From the sequence record NC_061445.1: a DNA stretch of 64,000 bases, one strand, 5' to 3'. Positions within the stretch are counted from its first letter, which is position 1; every line of letters begins with the position of its first letter. Below are positions 54,170-63,449 of the stretch, piece after piece. The position numbers were made by a program, and so were the translations under genes. The notes under the pieces were generated by a model, which made no database searches, was not told where the DNA came from, and saw only the letters and a list, made by a program, of their open reading frames with translations.

Positions 54170-56112
54170 TCCAGTTTGTATTTGCTCTTGAACTCCGCGA
54201 TACTCATAACAGGGATGCCTTTGTCCATCGCTTTCTGGAGTTTCGCAGAACCAGATCCAGGGTCTTTAGCAATCAGGATTGTCGTGTCAGCTTTCATGCT
54301 GTCAGTCGCAACGCCGCCGAGTTCAGTGATACGCTGCATCAGGTCGCGGTCACGCACACCAGTGAATGCCACGTTGACGCCTTTGAGCTTGCTGCTGGTG
54401 ACTTTCACTTTCTTCGGTGCAACGAGCGTCACATCCATTTCGACTGCCATGAGATAGGACTTAACAGCAGCATCAGCAATCTGCGGAGCCAGCTTGTCTA
54501 CCCCGTGCATACCGCTAATCTTGAGAGTCAGATCAGCAGTCTTACCTTTCTTGAGATATTGCTCAAGGTTAGGAATGGCATCAACAACCTTGTCGAATGT
54601 CGTGTTAGCGCCGCGCATGAAGAATGACGCAGTAGCTTTAAGCCACGTATTCATCGGCACGCCAGCTTTCAACGTCTTCAGGTCTTTCGCTAACTGACGA
54701 CCGCGAGAGTCACCAACGATTTCACGCAGTGATGCCATAGGCGTCATGAACAATTGTTGAGGCGTTTTAATGCCAGAAGCAACGAGCAACTTACAGGTGC
54801 TTGGACCTGTGTTCGCAATATCAAGTCCGCGCAGGAACGAACCGAGAAGACGAGCATCAGCAACAGAGGACTTCGCTTTGACAACGAACTCTACACCGTT
54901 AATCTTGTACGGTACGTCAGGCAGCTTAGGCTTCTTAGCAGGCTTGAGAATCTCCATGATGTATGGGATTACCTTGCCACTTCGAATCAACTTAACCTTA
55001 GCGCCAATGCCTAACGGTCGTTTAGGACCAAGCACTGCACCTTTCTTCTTCGGCTTGAGATAGCCGTGCTCAACGTAGAAACCGTTGTGCGCAGAAGCAC
55101 GTTCAACAGTCACACCGCCGGGCATGATTGTTGGCGGGAAGATTGCAACAGGCGCGAGCACACCGTACTTCGACTCTTGGTAGATAACGTCTTTGACAGT
55201 CACAATAACCGTGTCAGACTCAACGTTCATTTTGAACTTGAACGCGTGACGTGGGTTACTGGCAGTTGCTTTAGGCGTAGGAATATCACGGGTCATTACG
55301 ATCCCATCAAGTTCATACTTCGCCTTAGCAATACGTTTGTCCAACCACGGGATGAGTTGTTCTTCGTCATCAAAACGCAGAGGACCGAAGTGACGAACGA
55401 CTTCGAATCCCCATTTGTCTAACAGCTTGAACTGACTGGACTGCTTGAGAGTAGCACCTTTACCAGCAAGTATGCCGAAGCACACCATGTGGACGTACTT
55501 GAACTCTTTCGCAGTCTCGAAGTTACGGACCAACCCTGACGCAGCGTTACGCGCAGCTTTGAAGCGACCACCAGCAGACTCATGCAGCTTTGCCATGAAC
55601 GTCTTATACGGGATAAGCGCCTCACAGCGAAGCACCACTTCACCCTTCTCAGGAATCTTTTGGGGGATGCGCATCGAAGGTAAGTGCTGAGACACGTCTT
55701 TGCCGTGAGTAGCGTCACCACGAGTATACGCTTTGACAGGCACGCCTTTCTGGTACACGATCTCAATACTCAGACCGTCCAGCTTATCTGTCAGCATCCA
55801 CTCAACGTCTTCTGCAAGAGCTTTGGACAATTGTTTGCCGCCGAGAGCATACTGGTCAAGACTTGCCATTGGTACAGGCAGCTTAACATCAGAATCATCA
55901 CGCGCACCAATCTTACGCGCCAGCTTTGACTTAGGCCAGCGTGTGTCGATGTAGTTACGAATGTGATCATACACTGCATCTGATACAAGACCTTCAGAAT
56001 CAGTGTGGAACGCATCATCAAGATGCGCCACAAGTTTCGTTGCCTGAGTCAGATTGAGCGTGTCGAGAACCTTGTTAGGATTCTTCTCTAATCGCTTCAA
56101 AGAGATTTGCAT
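54166..56112 (-). CDS. ligA: NAD+-dependent DNA ligase (648 aa)
   Basis: KLDG adenylation motif, YTRGD, RNAASG, YELDGIV, AFKFK, OB fold, C-terminal BRCT (VAFTG..KLQKA...GI). Confidence 0.95.
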   Translation of the reverse strand: MQISLKRLEKNPNKVLDTLNLTQATKLVAHLDDAFHTDSEGLVSDAVYDHIRNYIDTRWPKSKLARKIGARDDSDVKLPVPMASLDQYALGGKQLSKALAEDVEWMLTDKLDGLSIEIVYQKGVPVKAYTRGDATHGKDVSQHLPSMRIPQKIPEKGEVVLRCEALIPYKTFMAKLHESAGGRFKAARNAASGLVRNFETAKEFKYVHMVCFGILAGKGATLKQSSQFKLLDKWGFEVVRHFGPLRFDDEEQLIPWLDKRIAKAKYELDGIVMTRDIPTPKATASNPRHAFKFKMNVESDTVIVTVKDVIYQESKYGVLAPVAIFPPTIMPGGVTVERASAHNGFYVEHGYLKPKKKGAVLGPKRPLGIGAKVKLIRSGKVIPYIMEILKPAKKPKLPDVPYKINGVEFVVKAKSSVADARLLGSFLRGLDIANTGPSTCKLLVASGIKTPQQLFMTPMASLREIVGDSRGRQLAKDLKTLKAGVPMNTWLKATASFFMRGANTTFDKVVDAIPNLEQYLKKGKTADLTLKISGMHGVDKLAPQIADAAVKSYLMAVEMDVTLVAPKKVKVTSSKLKGVNVAFTGVRDRDLMQRITELGGVATDSMKADTTILIAKDPGSGSAKLQKAMDKGIPVMSIAEFKSKYKLE

Positions 56113-56151
56113 GATTTTCTCCGATCGTCATTAACACTGGTATTTACAGCA

Positions 56152-57999
56152 TTAAGAGGCGATTGGGTCCTTGTTAACAGGGAAGTCTTCGGTCATGTCG
56201 AGCACACGATTGAACAGCTTCGGTGCCATGTCCTTGACGTGTTCTGCGTAGTCAAACAGGTTCTGCTTACGCGCACGGTTCACACGCACCTGACGAACTT
56301 CATCTGGGCTGTTCGTGATATCGTACACTGTGTAGATAACGATGTTATCTGAGGCAGAGTGCGTACTGACCTTCAATACCACCCAGTCGCGTTTGAGTTT
56401 CGCATCTGCTCTGAATTGCAGCACGTCACCTTCTTCTGCTTCCTCGGCGCGATGCTGAGGAGTAGACTTGTTAGCGGCAGCAATCTTCTTCGCAGTCTCA
56501 CGCGCTTCCTTCTCGGCAGCAGCAACGTCAGAGTCGGTATCTTCTTCGGCAGAGGTTTCATCTACCGCATCGGCGGCATCAGCATCCTCGTCCTCTGAGT
56601 CGCCATCTTCACCTTCATCGTCAGTTGTTCCGTCGTCAGACTCGGCATCATCCACAGATCCATCGTCTTCGGAATCGTCTTCCCCATCTTCTGCATCATC
56701 AGCACCTGTATCGCTATCGTCAGTGTCTTCTTCTGCATCTGGGTCTTCCTCTTCTTCGGGATCGACTTCTTCTTCGCCGTCAGTATCTTCCTCTTCAGGT
56801 TGAGGTGCAGGCTTCTTGCCTTTAGCGCGAACTTTAGGTGGCGGAGCGTCTTCTTCGTCGTCATCAGGCTCGTCAATGTCTGACAGGTCGAGTGCAGGTT
56901 CTTCATGGTCAGCAGAGTCATCGCCACCAAACAGAGAGCCTACAGAATCTTCGATGTTAAACACATCGCCTGAGAACGGACTACGTGCGAGAATGTCTTC
57001 CAGCTTCTGCTCGTCGAGGTCAAGATCGATTTCGACTTCTTCGATTGCGTCGTCCAGAATTTCTTCTTCAATGACACGCATACGCTTGCCACGTCTGTCC
57101 GTATTGTCCTCATAGACAGTACGCACTTCGGCTTTAGGAGCTTCAATTTCACCGCTACGCACTTTCGAGCGCAGGTCTTTCATCTCGGCAGCACGTTCCT
57201 GAGCTTTCTTACGCGCTTCTTTCTGGAGTTCTTTGCGTTGTTGCTTCTGCTCCAGAACCTTAGCGTTGTTAGCGAGGCGTTGAGCTTCTTCCTCTTCTGC
57301 CTGACTGCGACGACGAGCACGGCGTACTAACTTGCGATAGTTTTTGAGCGTGTCAACATCGACAGTACCTTTCGGCCAATCATTGAAAGGCAGGATGTTT
57401 GTATCATGCACAATCAGATCGTACTGCGCGTCATCAACTTTCAGGAACAGACCGTCAGTGTTAATGACAACACCGCCTTTACCTGGGCGTAAGAAACGAA
57501 CACCAATCATGTCGTTCTTGTAGAGCTTCGTCATACCCTTTGAAGTCTTCACTGGGTATTCAGAGCTTGCCACCATGCGCCACTGGTAGTTATCGAAGTC
57601 AACACCGTATACGGCTTCTGACTTGACTTTACGCGGTGAGAATCTCGCAGCATCGAACTGCACACGGTTCAGTTGTCGCTGCATCGTTTGAGCACCGGCA
57701 ACCTTTGTGCGCTTACCATCACGATTAACGACGTCAGGTACTTTACGCAGCTTCGACGCACGTTCCATCAAGAATAGGCCAGTGGCTTTATCAAGAGGGA
57801 AGTCAACGTGAGGCATATCTGGGAAAATAAGAGTGTAGCGACCGCCATTACGCAGCGGGAGAATACCGAAGATATCTCCGTCACGAATCATGCGCTTATG
57901 AGTTCGTTGGGATACTTCTTTTCCGCGTGAGCCTGTGTACTTCATCCACGCGTACTTCGATACGGCATCTTGATATGATGCGGATACGGAAAGTATCAT
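56152..57999 (-). CDS. Acidic, probably internal-head protein with two SH3-like paralogous domains (~615 aa)
   Basis: The track start is 58026; MILSVS is the likelier start. Long D/E tract and a coiled coil. Confidence 0.7.
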   Translation of the reverse strand: MILSVSASYQDAVSKYAWMKYTGSRGKEVSQRTHKRMIRDGDIFGILPLRNGGRYTLIFPDMPHVDFPLDKATGLFLMERASKLRKVPDVVNRDGKRTKVAGAQTMQRQLNRVQFDAARFSPRKVKSEAVYGVDFDNYQWRMVASSEYPVKTSKGMTKLYKNDMIGVRFLRPGKGGVVINTDGLFLKVDDAQYDLIVHDTNILPFNDWPKGTVDVDTLKNYRKLVRRARRRSQAEEEEAQRLANNAKVLEQKQQRKELQKEARKKAQERAAEMKDLRSKVRSGEIEAPKAEVRTVYEDNTDRRGKRMRVIEEEILDDAIEEVEIDLDLDEQKLEDILARSPFSGDVFNIEDSVGSLFGGDDSADHEEPALDLSDIDEPDDDEEDAPPPKVRAKGKKPAPQPEEEDTDGEEEVDPEEEEDPDAEEDTDDSDTGADDAEDGEDDSEDDGSVDDAESDDGTTDDEGEDGDSEDEDADAADAVDETSAEEDTDSDVAAAEKEARETAKKIAAANKSTPQHRAEEAEEGDVLQFRADAKLKRDWVVLKVSTHSASDNIVIYTVYDITNSPDEVRQVRVNRARKQNLFDYAEHVKDMAPKLFNRVLDMTEDFPVNKDPIAS

Positions 58000-58032
58000 G
58001 TTATTATCTCTATGTTGTACAAACACTCGTTG

Positions 58033-58040
58033 AAATTAGC
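58033..58040 (-). promoter_or_regulatory. Putative late-promoter motif GCTAATTT
   Basis: Follows a hairpin and precedes the next gene. Confidence 0.5.
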
Positions 58041-58052
58041 TTGCGCAAGGGT

Positions 58053-58075
58053 AAAGCGGGGATTAACCCCCGCTT
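58053..58075 (-). terminator. Stem-loop/terminator overlapping the stop of the 1377 aa gene
   Basis: AAGCGGGG-GTTAAT-CCCCGCTT(T). Confidence 0.6.
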
Positions 58076-61000
58076 AAATATCCTCTAGCGGCACAGGACA
58101 TAGAACCGCAAGATTCTTCACACACGGTGATCTGCGCCCACGTCCAGTAACCGTTAGGCTGCTGGATAGCATACACCACAGAAGGATCGAAGCCCCAGAC
58201 TTGGGTAGCGTTCTGCAACGCTGCAAGTTCCGTAGCGAAATAGCCCTCTTCAAGAGGCTTATCAATCGAACCGTGGTTAGGCTCTACTGTCCACGCTTCA
58301 ACTACAGGCGCTGTAACAGCATAGACCGTCGTGCTAGCTTTTCGTGTCTTCTGAATCTCAACACGAATAGGCTTAGGCGTAACAGGATTACCAACCTGAC
58401 GAGCAACGCGAATCACTCTGTCAGTATTGACCTGCTGGCCTTCAAGCTGATCTGTTTTACCAGACTGACTTGACTGGATGAACTGCCCCTCAATCAGATG
58501 CCTGTAGACAGTAGACGTATCGACTGTTTGAGGGTCGAACGCTTCATGGTCTGCGGCAACTGCTTTGAGATGATAGAAGTCGCTCGGTGCCGGTGCTACT
58601 GGGTACTGAACAGGCTCTTTCATCCACTGAGCATCTGCTGGTTCGTAGTGGTAGTATACCGGAGCTGGCATACGACGAACAAACGGAATCTCAGGAATAA
58701 ACAACACAGCAGGGTGATAGATCGGGTCAACGTACTTAGCAGTGTGCGCATCTACTCGATACGTCACAGTTGCCGGTACCCACTGCGGTCTAGCCCAACC
58801 AATCTGATACACAGCACTTGGTGAAACGTACTTAGCATCAGTCATCTCCTGCCTGAACAGTCCACCAAGAGAGGCATTACGAGGCTCTGTTGGTCCAGCA
58901 TAATACAGACCGAGACCATCAACCTTATGCGGTGCAAGCGCATCAGCTTTATATGCAGCACTGTCCTTAGTGTAGCGTGGCAGAATCTGATCAGACTTCG
59001 CCTTGACTGACGTGCGATACTCAGGGCTTCTCAAGTCGAAATACTGAGGCTCGTTGTCCAGATGTTCGATGAAGGTGTTGATGAACGTATCATTAACAAC
59101 ATACAGCGCTTCGGTGAAGTCTGGCCAGAACGTGTCGGCTACAACATCAGCACCTACCGTAGCTTCGAACAGTGGGAACTCGTCCTCGGTATCTTTCTGT
59201 CCTACAGTCAGTTCAAACAGTGGGAACGTGTCAGCAGTCAGCGCCTCAGTCTTATCGACAAACTCAGGCAAAGGCATTGTCGTAACAACGTCCTTCTGAC
59301 CTTGAGTAAGTTCGAACAAGTCAAACTTGTCGAGCACGATATCAGACTGAGCAATCAGGTCGAACATGCGGAAGTTATCCACAAAGTCCTTGTTGCCTGT
59401 ATCGAACTGAGGACCAGCAGCGTACTGAGCGTCTACAGCGCTACCTGTTTCGATAACGCGATTGATAGAGTCACCAATATGCGTCTGAGCATCAGAGAAG
59501 TCCAGCCACTGGAGTTGAGTGTCAAGCTCTGGGTCGTACACAGGTGTCAGGTTAACGTTGTGCGTACCTGCACTGATATACGTCGTATCAATAACGGTCA
59601 CAGCCTCCGCAACAGCAGCAACATGCGTCACGTCAAAGATCTGCACAGAGTCAGTGGCATACGCAGTGTAGGACGGATCTACCGTCATGTCGTATAGCCA
59701 ACCGAACGGTGCATTGCCGAACATCAGCGTATGAGGCTGATCGTGTGACGGCAACCCATAGATCTTGAGCATCGTGTCAGCACACTCAAACGGACCGATG
59801 ACAAGGTCCTGCTCTTTGTATACACCACGCGAGTCAAGCTCTTGCACGACACGCACACCATCAACGTCCAGTAACATGCCAGCAGGAACTGTCATGTACG
59901 TCCAGAAGTTATCTGGGATGTTGTCGATGAACAATGTGCCGCTATCACCCATGACATAACGCTCTGCGCGTTTAGTCGGTGCTGGTGTTCCTAACCATTG
60001 TGCGTCTGCCCACACGTACCATTCATAGCTGTACTGATCAGAGTGGAACTTGATCGTGTACTGCTTATTTTCAGTAGGCGTGAACTTAATGCTGGTGGTT
60101 CCATCTACAGGCAGCGTGATGGTCTGACTACCATTCGCAAACACAGCGTCAGTAGCAGTGATTGTCAGCGTCAGAGGAATCGTACCCGTGTTACGCAGCA
60201 CATCAGACTGAACCAGTTTGCCGACAGGCATATACGCCCAATGGCGGCCAACGTCAATCTGTCCTTCAACTATCGTGAACAGACCGAAGCTGGAGCTGCC
60301 TTGACCTACGTGCACCTCGATGCGCGTTGTGTCGTTATTGTGCAGGACTTCAAAGCCGAGTTTCTGATTGTTGCGAATGAGCACAGGCATTGCTGTCTCT
60401 ACACCATTCACAAAGATCTTAACGCGGTCGTAATCTTCTACACCATCCACCAGCACACTGACAGGCACAGCAACGTTGATGCCACTGATAGTGACGTCTT
60501 CGGTGCGGTTCCATGTGTCGTTGTCGATGCCGAGAATGTTCTGCCACACGAATGGGTTTGGCGTATCATCAGCTTTCATCTCGAACTGATAGACAGATCG
60601 ACCGATAGAAATCGGGAACGATGTGCTGGTGATGTACGCGTGGCTTAACGTAATCGTGACTTCTTGCCCGTCATATACTTTCGTCACAGGCACGGTTGTC
60701 GTTGTTTCTACAGGCACACCGTTAACGATATCAGTAGTGGTTTCTTCAATCGTTGCAGCGACAGTCACGCCGGCAGGAGCAGTGATAGGCAGACCAATAT
60801 CAGGGTCTCCTGCATCTACTGTCACTTTGAACGTAACAGACGAACCCAAGTCGATAGCACTCAGGTCAGGCATGTTCACCGTGTAGTCACGAATAGCAAG
60901 ATGTTTCAGACCAGTAGTAGGACGCGCTGCGTAATAGAACAGGCGGTCATATGTGTCGTCTTGCTTGTATGGAGGTGTGATGAGTTCAACGTAAGGCCAA

Positions 61001-62196
61001 CCAGAACGTGTCTGAGTAGGGCTGTCAGTCGAAGCGAAGTCAAACAGCGCATTGCTACCGTTCGTGTCCATACCAGCAACGAGTTTGCCGCCAGTATCTG
61101 TCCATGCAGCAGTCGTGTTAAACACAACAAGGTCGTTTGCAACAAGAGGACGCGCTGCAACGTTCTGCACGTTATCACGAAGGTTGAACTGGTAGATGTT
61201 CGTGCCGTCATGCCCGAGAACAAGCACAGAGCTTGGAACAAATTGATACCAGAAAACGGACGCAGGCGCAGCAGAAGTATTGCCACCCACCAACTTACCG
61301 TCAAGTGTTGACAGCACATCGTAACTGTCTGAGCCATTAACGTAAAACTGATCTGACTTAACAGACGTTTCAACGAAGCTGGCATTCAGGTAGTGCGCAC
61401 GGCCATCAAGGTCAAACGCAACATAACTATCGACAGTGTTTGTGCCTACGCCAGCACGACGACACACAACGCGACTGACTTTGTAGCCGAGCTGTTTAGG
61501 TTCACCAAACTGCGTCATCGCCTCATCCAGCACATCAACCTGACCAGACGTGTGGAAAACGACAGCGCTACGTTTACCTGTAGAGTCGTAACTGACTTTA
61601 TAACCAGCGATATCAACGTCATACATACCGCCGAACACTTTCGTATTCGATACATCACCATCAGTGTGAATGTAATACAGCATACGTGCTGCACGGTCGT
61701 GGACGATTGAAACAGGCTTGGTTAAATCGAAGAAGGTGGATTCGAAGTCCGAGAACTTCGCTACAGCCGATTGCTGCATGTCTTGAACAGTGGGGATGCG
61801 AACGCCACCGCCAAGCACAAGACCGCCATACGTAGGATTGATTGCAGCGCCCAAAGGCAACGCATCCATACCTTTTGTCACCAGACGATAGTCCAGCTCT
61901 TTCGTTTGCGGTCTAACAAAGATGCGCGACATAGAATGCACAAGCACCCACAAGTCACCGTCTTTGTAATACAACAAAACAGGCTGAGTAGCAGAGGCAG
62001 CAACCGTCACGTTAGCCAGAAGACTAATCGGGTACACTGAACCTGAACTCGGTGCGATATCCTTTTCTGTGGTGGCATCAGCAAACGTACCGCCAACAAC
62101 ACGGAACGATAGCGTGTCAGTATGACTAGCGATAGTGATATCGTTTTGCCACGACTGAGCACCAGTAGCTGATACAACAGGAATCATTTCAGCCAT
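58063..62196 (-). CDS. Very large virion structural/fibre protein (1377 aa)
   Basis: Beta-rich composition, DTTPNPF-type fibre motif (DDTPNPFVW), internal FDLFELT repeats and a Cys-rich C-terminus. Confidence 0.75.
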   Translation of the reverse strand: MAEMIPVVSATGAQSWQNDITIASHTDTLSFRVVGGTFADATTEKDIAPSSGSVYPISLLANVTVAASATQPVLLYYKDGDLWVLVHSMSRIFVRPQTKELDYRLVTKGMDALPLGAAINPTYGGLVLGGGVRIPTVQDMQQSAVAKFSDFESTFFDLTKPVSIVHDRAARMLYYIHTDGDVSNTKVFGGMYDVDIAGYKVSYDSTGKRSAVVFHTSGQVDVLDEAMTQFGEPKQLGYKVSRVVCRRAGVGTNTVDSYVAFDLDGRAHYLNASFVETSVKSDQFYVNGSDSYDVLSTLDGKLVGGNTSAAPASVFWYQFVPSSVLVLGHDGTNIYQFNLRDNVQNVAARPLVANDLVVFNTTAAWTDTGGKLVAGMDTNGSNALFDFASTDSPTQTRSGWPYVELITPPYKQDDTYDRLFYYAARPTTGLKHLAIRDYTVNMPDLSAIDLGSSVTFKVTVDAGDPDIGLPITAPAGVTVAATIEETTTDIVNGVPVETTTTVPVTKVYDGQEVTITLSHAYITSTSFPISIGRSVYQFEMKADDTPNPFVWQNILGIDNDTWNRTEDVTISGINVAVPVSVLVDGVEDYDRVKIFVNGVETAMPVLIRNNQKLGFEVLHNNDTTRIEVHVGQGSSSFGLFTIVEGQIDVGRHWAYMPVGKLVQSDVLRNTGTIPLTLTITATDAVFANGSQTITLPVDGTTSIKFTPTENKQYTIKFHSDQYSYEWYVWADAQWLGTPAPTKRAERYVMGDSGTLFIDNIPDNFWTYMTVPAGMLLDVDGVRVVQELDSRGVYKEQDLVIGPFECADTMLKIYGLPSHDQPHTLMFGNAPFGWLYDMTVDPSYTAYATDSVQIFDVTHVAAVAEAVTVIDTTYISAGTHNVNLTPVYDPELDTQLQWLDFSDAQTHIGDSINRVIETGSAVDAQYAAGPQFDTGNKDFVDNFRMFDLIAQSDIVLDKFDLFELTQGQKDVVTTMPLPEFVDKTEALTADTFPLFELTVGQKDTEDEFPLFEATVGADVVADTFWPDFTEALYVVNDTFINTFIEHLDNEPQYFDLRSPEYRTSVKAKSDQILPRYTKDSAAYKADALAPHKVDGLGLYYAGPTEPRNASLGGLFRQEMTDAKYVSPSAVYQIGWARPQWVPATVTYRVDAHTAKYVDPIYHPAVLFIPEIPFVRRMPAPVYYHYEPADAQWMKEPVQYPVAPAPSDFYHLKAVAADHEAFDPQTVDTSTVYRHLIEGQFIQSSQSGKTDQLEGQQVNTDRVIRVARQVGNPVTPKPIRVEIQKTRKASTTVYAVTAPVVEAWTVEPNHGSIDKPLEEGYFATELAALQNATQVWGFDPSVVYAIQQPNGYWTWAQITVCEESCGSMSCAARGYLSGG

Positions 62197-62220
62197 TGTT
62201 CACCTCACGATGCGGAAACT

Positions 62221-62243
62221 AAAAAGGGCGCCCGAAGGCACCC
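62221..62243 (-). terminator. Rho-independent terminator with a UUCG loop
   Basis: GGGTGCC-TTCG-GGCGCCC-TTTTT. Confidence 0.85.
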
Positions 62244-62251
62244 TGTGAGGA

Positions 62252-63430
62252 TTAGGCTCCGGCGCCTTCTGGGGCTTTATAGCCTTTCAGGAAGAAGATA
62301 CGCATACCAGTGTTGTTCGGACTGTTAGCAGTCAGAGCTTTATAGGTACGCTTCTTCGGCGTGCTGCCGTCATCTTCCATTTCGTTGTACACCTGCACGT
62401 CAATTTCGGTGCCGTTAGAAATAACGTCAGCAGACGCATAACCAACGATATCCATTTCGTACGGGTAGCTGTAACGCTGAGTGTTAAAGCCCGCAGGCAG
62501 ACGGAAATCGAAGTGGTTATCTTCGGAGAACGGAACCATCTGATACGGGTTGATAACAGCAGAGCTATCAGCACTGTGTACGTGTGCTGGTGCTGGGATA
62601 GTTGGCGCGTTCACGTCAGATTCACGCACGGTGAAGCGCATGATCTGGAATGAACCAGGGCTGTACGTTACTGGGCGCACTTCGATATCGTTGTTGATTG
62701 AACCGCCACCGTTCACGCTGAACATACAGAACAGCGGAGCTTTGCCGTCAACGACAACAGTACCATCGGAGTTGATAGCACGTTGAACAACGAGCCACGC
62801 AGCACGGCAACCATCAGAGTCACGACCTTCAACACCGATATGCAGAGCGAAGCCGTGGTCAGTGAAGGACAGGTGATACGTGAACGGAGTAGCTTCCGGG
62901 TCAGCCCAAATCAGACTGTCTGGGTTAGTCTGACCTGCGGTGGCGGTGGTGGCGTTCGTTGGGTAAGCCATAGTACCACCGTAATAAACGGAGGTGTTTG
63001 GGCCCACGACACCACGATGATAGAAGCACACATCGTTATCGCCAGCAGCACCTTGGTTGCCAGTGAAACGCGCACCAATCTGACCAGCGTACTCAGGTAC
63101 ACCAGAAGCGTTGATAGCAGCAGAACCGGTCTTAGCAACAGTGCCTGTGTCAGAAATCTGCTCAGGTGCAGCACAGAACAGGTTAGTACGCTTCTCTGTA
63201 CCCTTCATCGCTAAACGCCAGCGTTGTTTACCAACACCAGTACCAGCCAGTGGGTCGATAGTAGCGGTAGCTTCTACGACGAACGACGCAAGGTCAGTCG
63301 TTGGCAGAGAGGACGCGATAGTTCCGTTGTAGCTCACCAGCTGGAAGCCGTTAGCGATCATGTCCTCAAGGATTGAACGCCACATCTTCAAGTTGCTGGT
63401 GAAACCAGATTTAACAATCAGTTTGTTCAT
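62252..63430 (-). CDS. Abundant-type virion structural protein (392 aa)
   Basis: Biased codons; paralog of the upstream gene. Confidence 0.75.
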   Translation of the reverse strand: MNKLIVKSGFTSNLKMWRSILEDMIANGFQLVSYNGTIASSLPTTDLASFVVEATATIDPLAGTGVGKQRWRLAMKGTEKRTNLFCAAPEQISDTGTVAKTGSAAINASGVPEYAGQIGARFTGNQGAAGDNDVCFYHRGVVGPNTSVYYGGTMAYPTNATTATAGQTNPDSLIWADPEATPFTYHLSFTDHGFALHIGVEGRDSDGCRAAWLVVQRAINSDGTVVVDGKAPLFCMFSVNGGGSINNDIEVRPVTYSPGSFQIMRFTVRESDVNAPTIPAPAHVHSADSSAVINPYQMVPFSEDNHFDFRLPAGFNTQRYSYPYEMDIVGYASADVISNGTEIDVQVYNEMEDDGSTPKKRTYKALTANSPNNTGMRIFFLKGYKAPEGAGA

Positions 63431-63449
63431 GAGTTGTTGTCCCCTTTAA

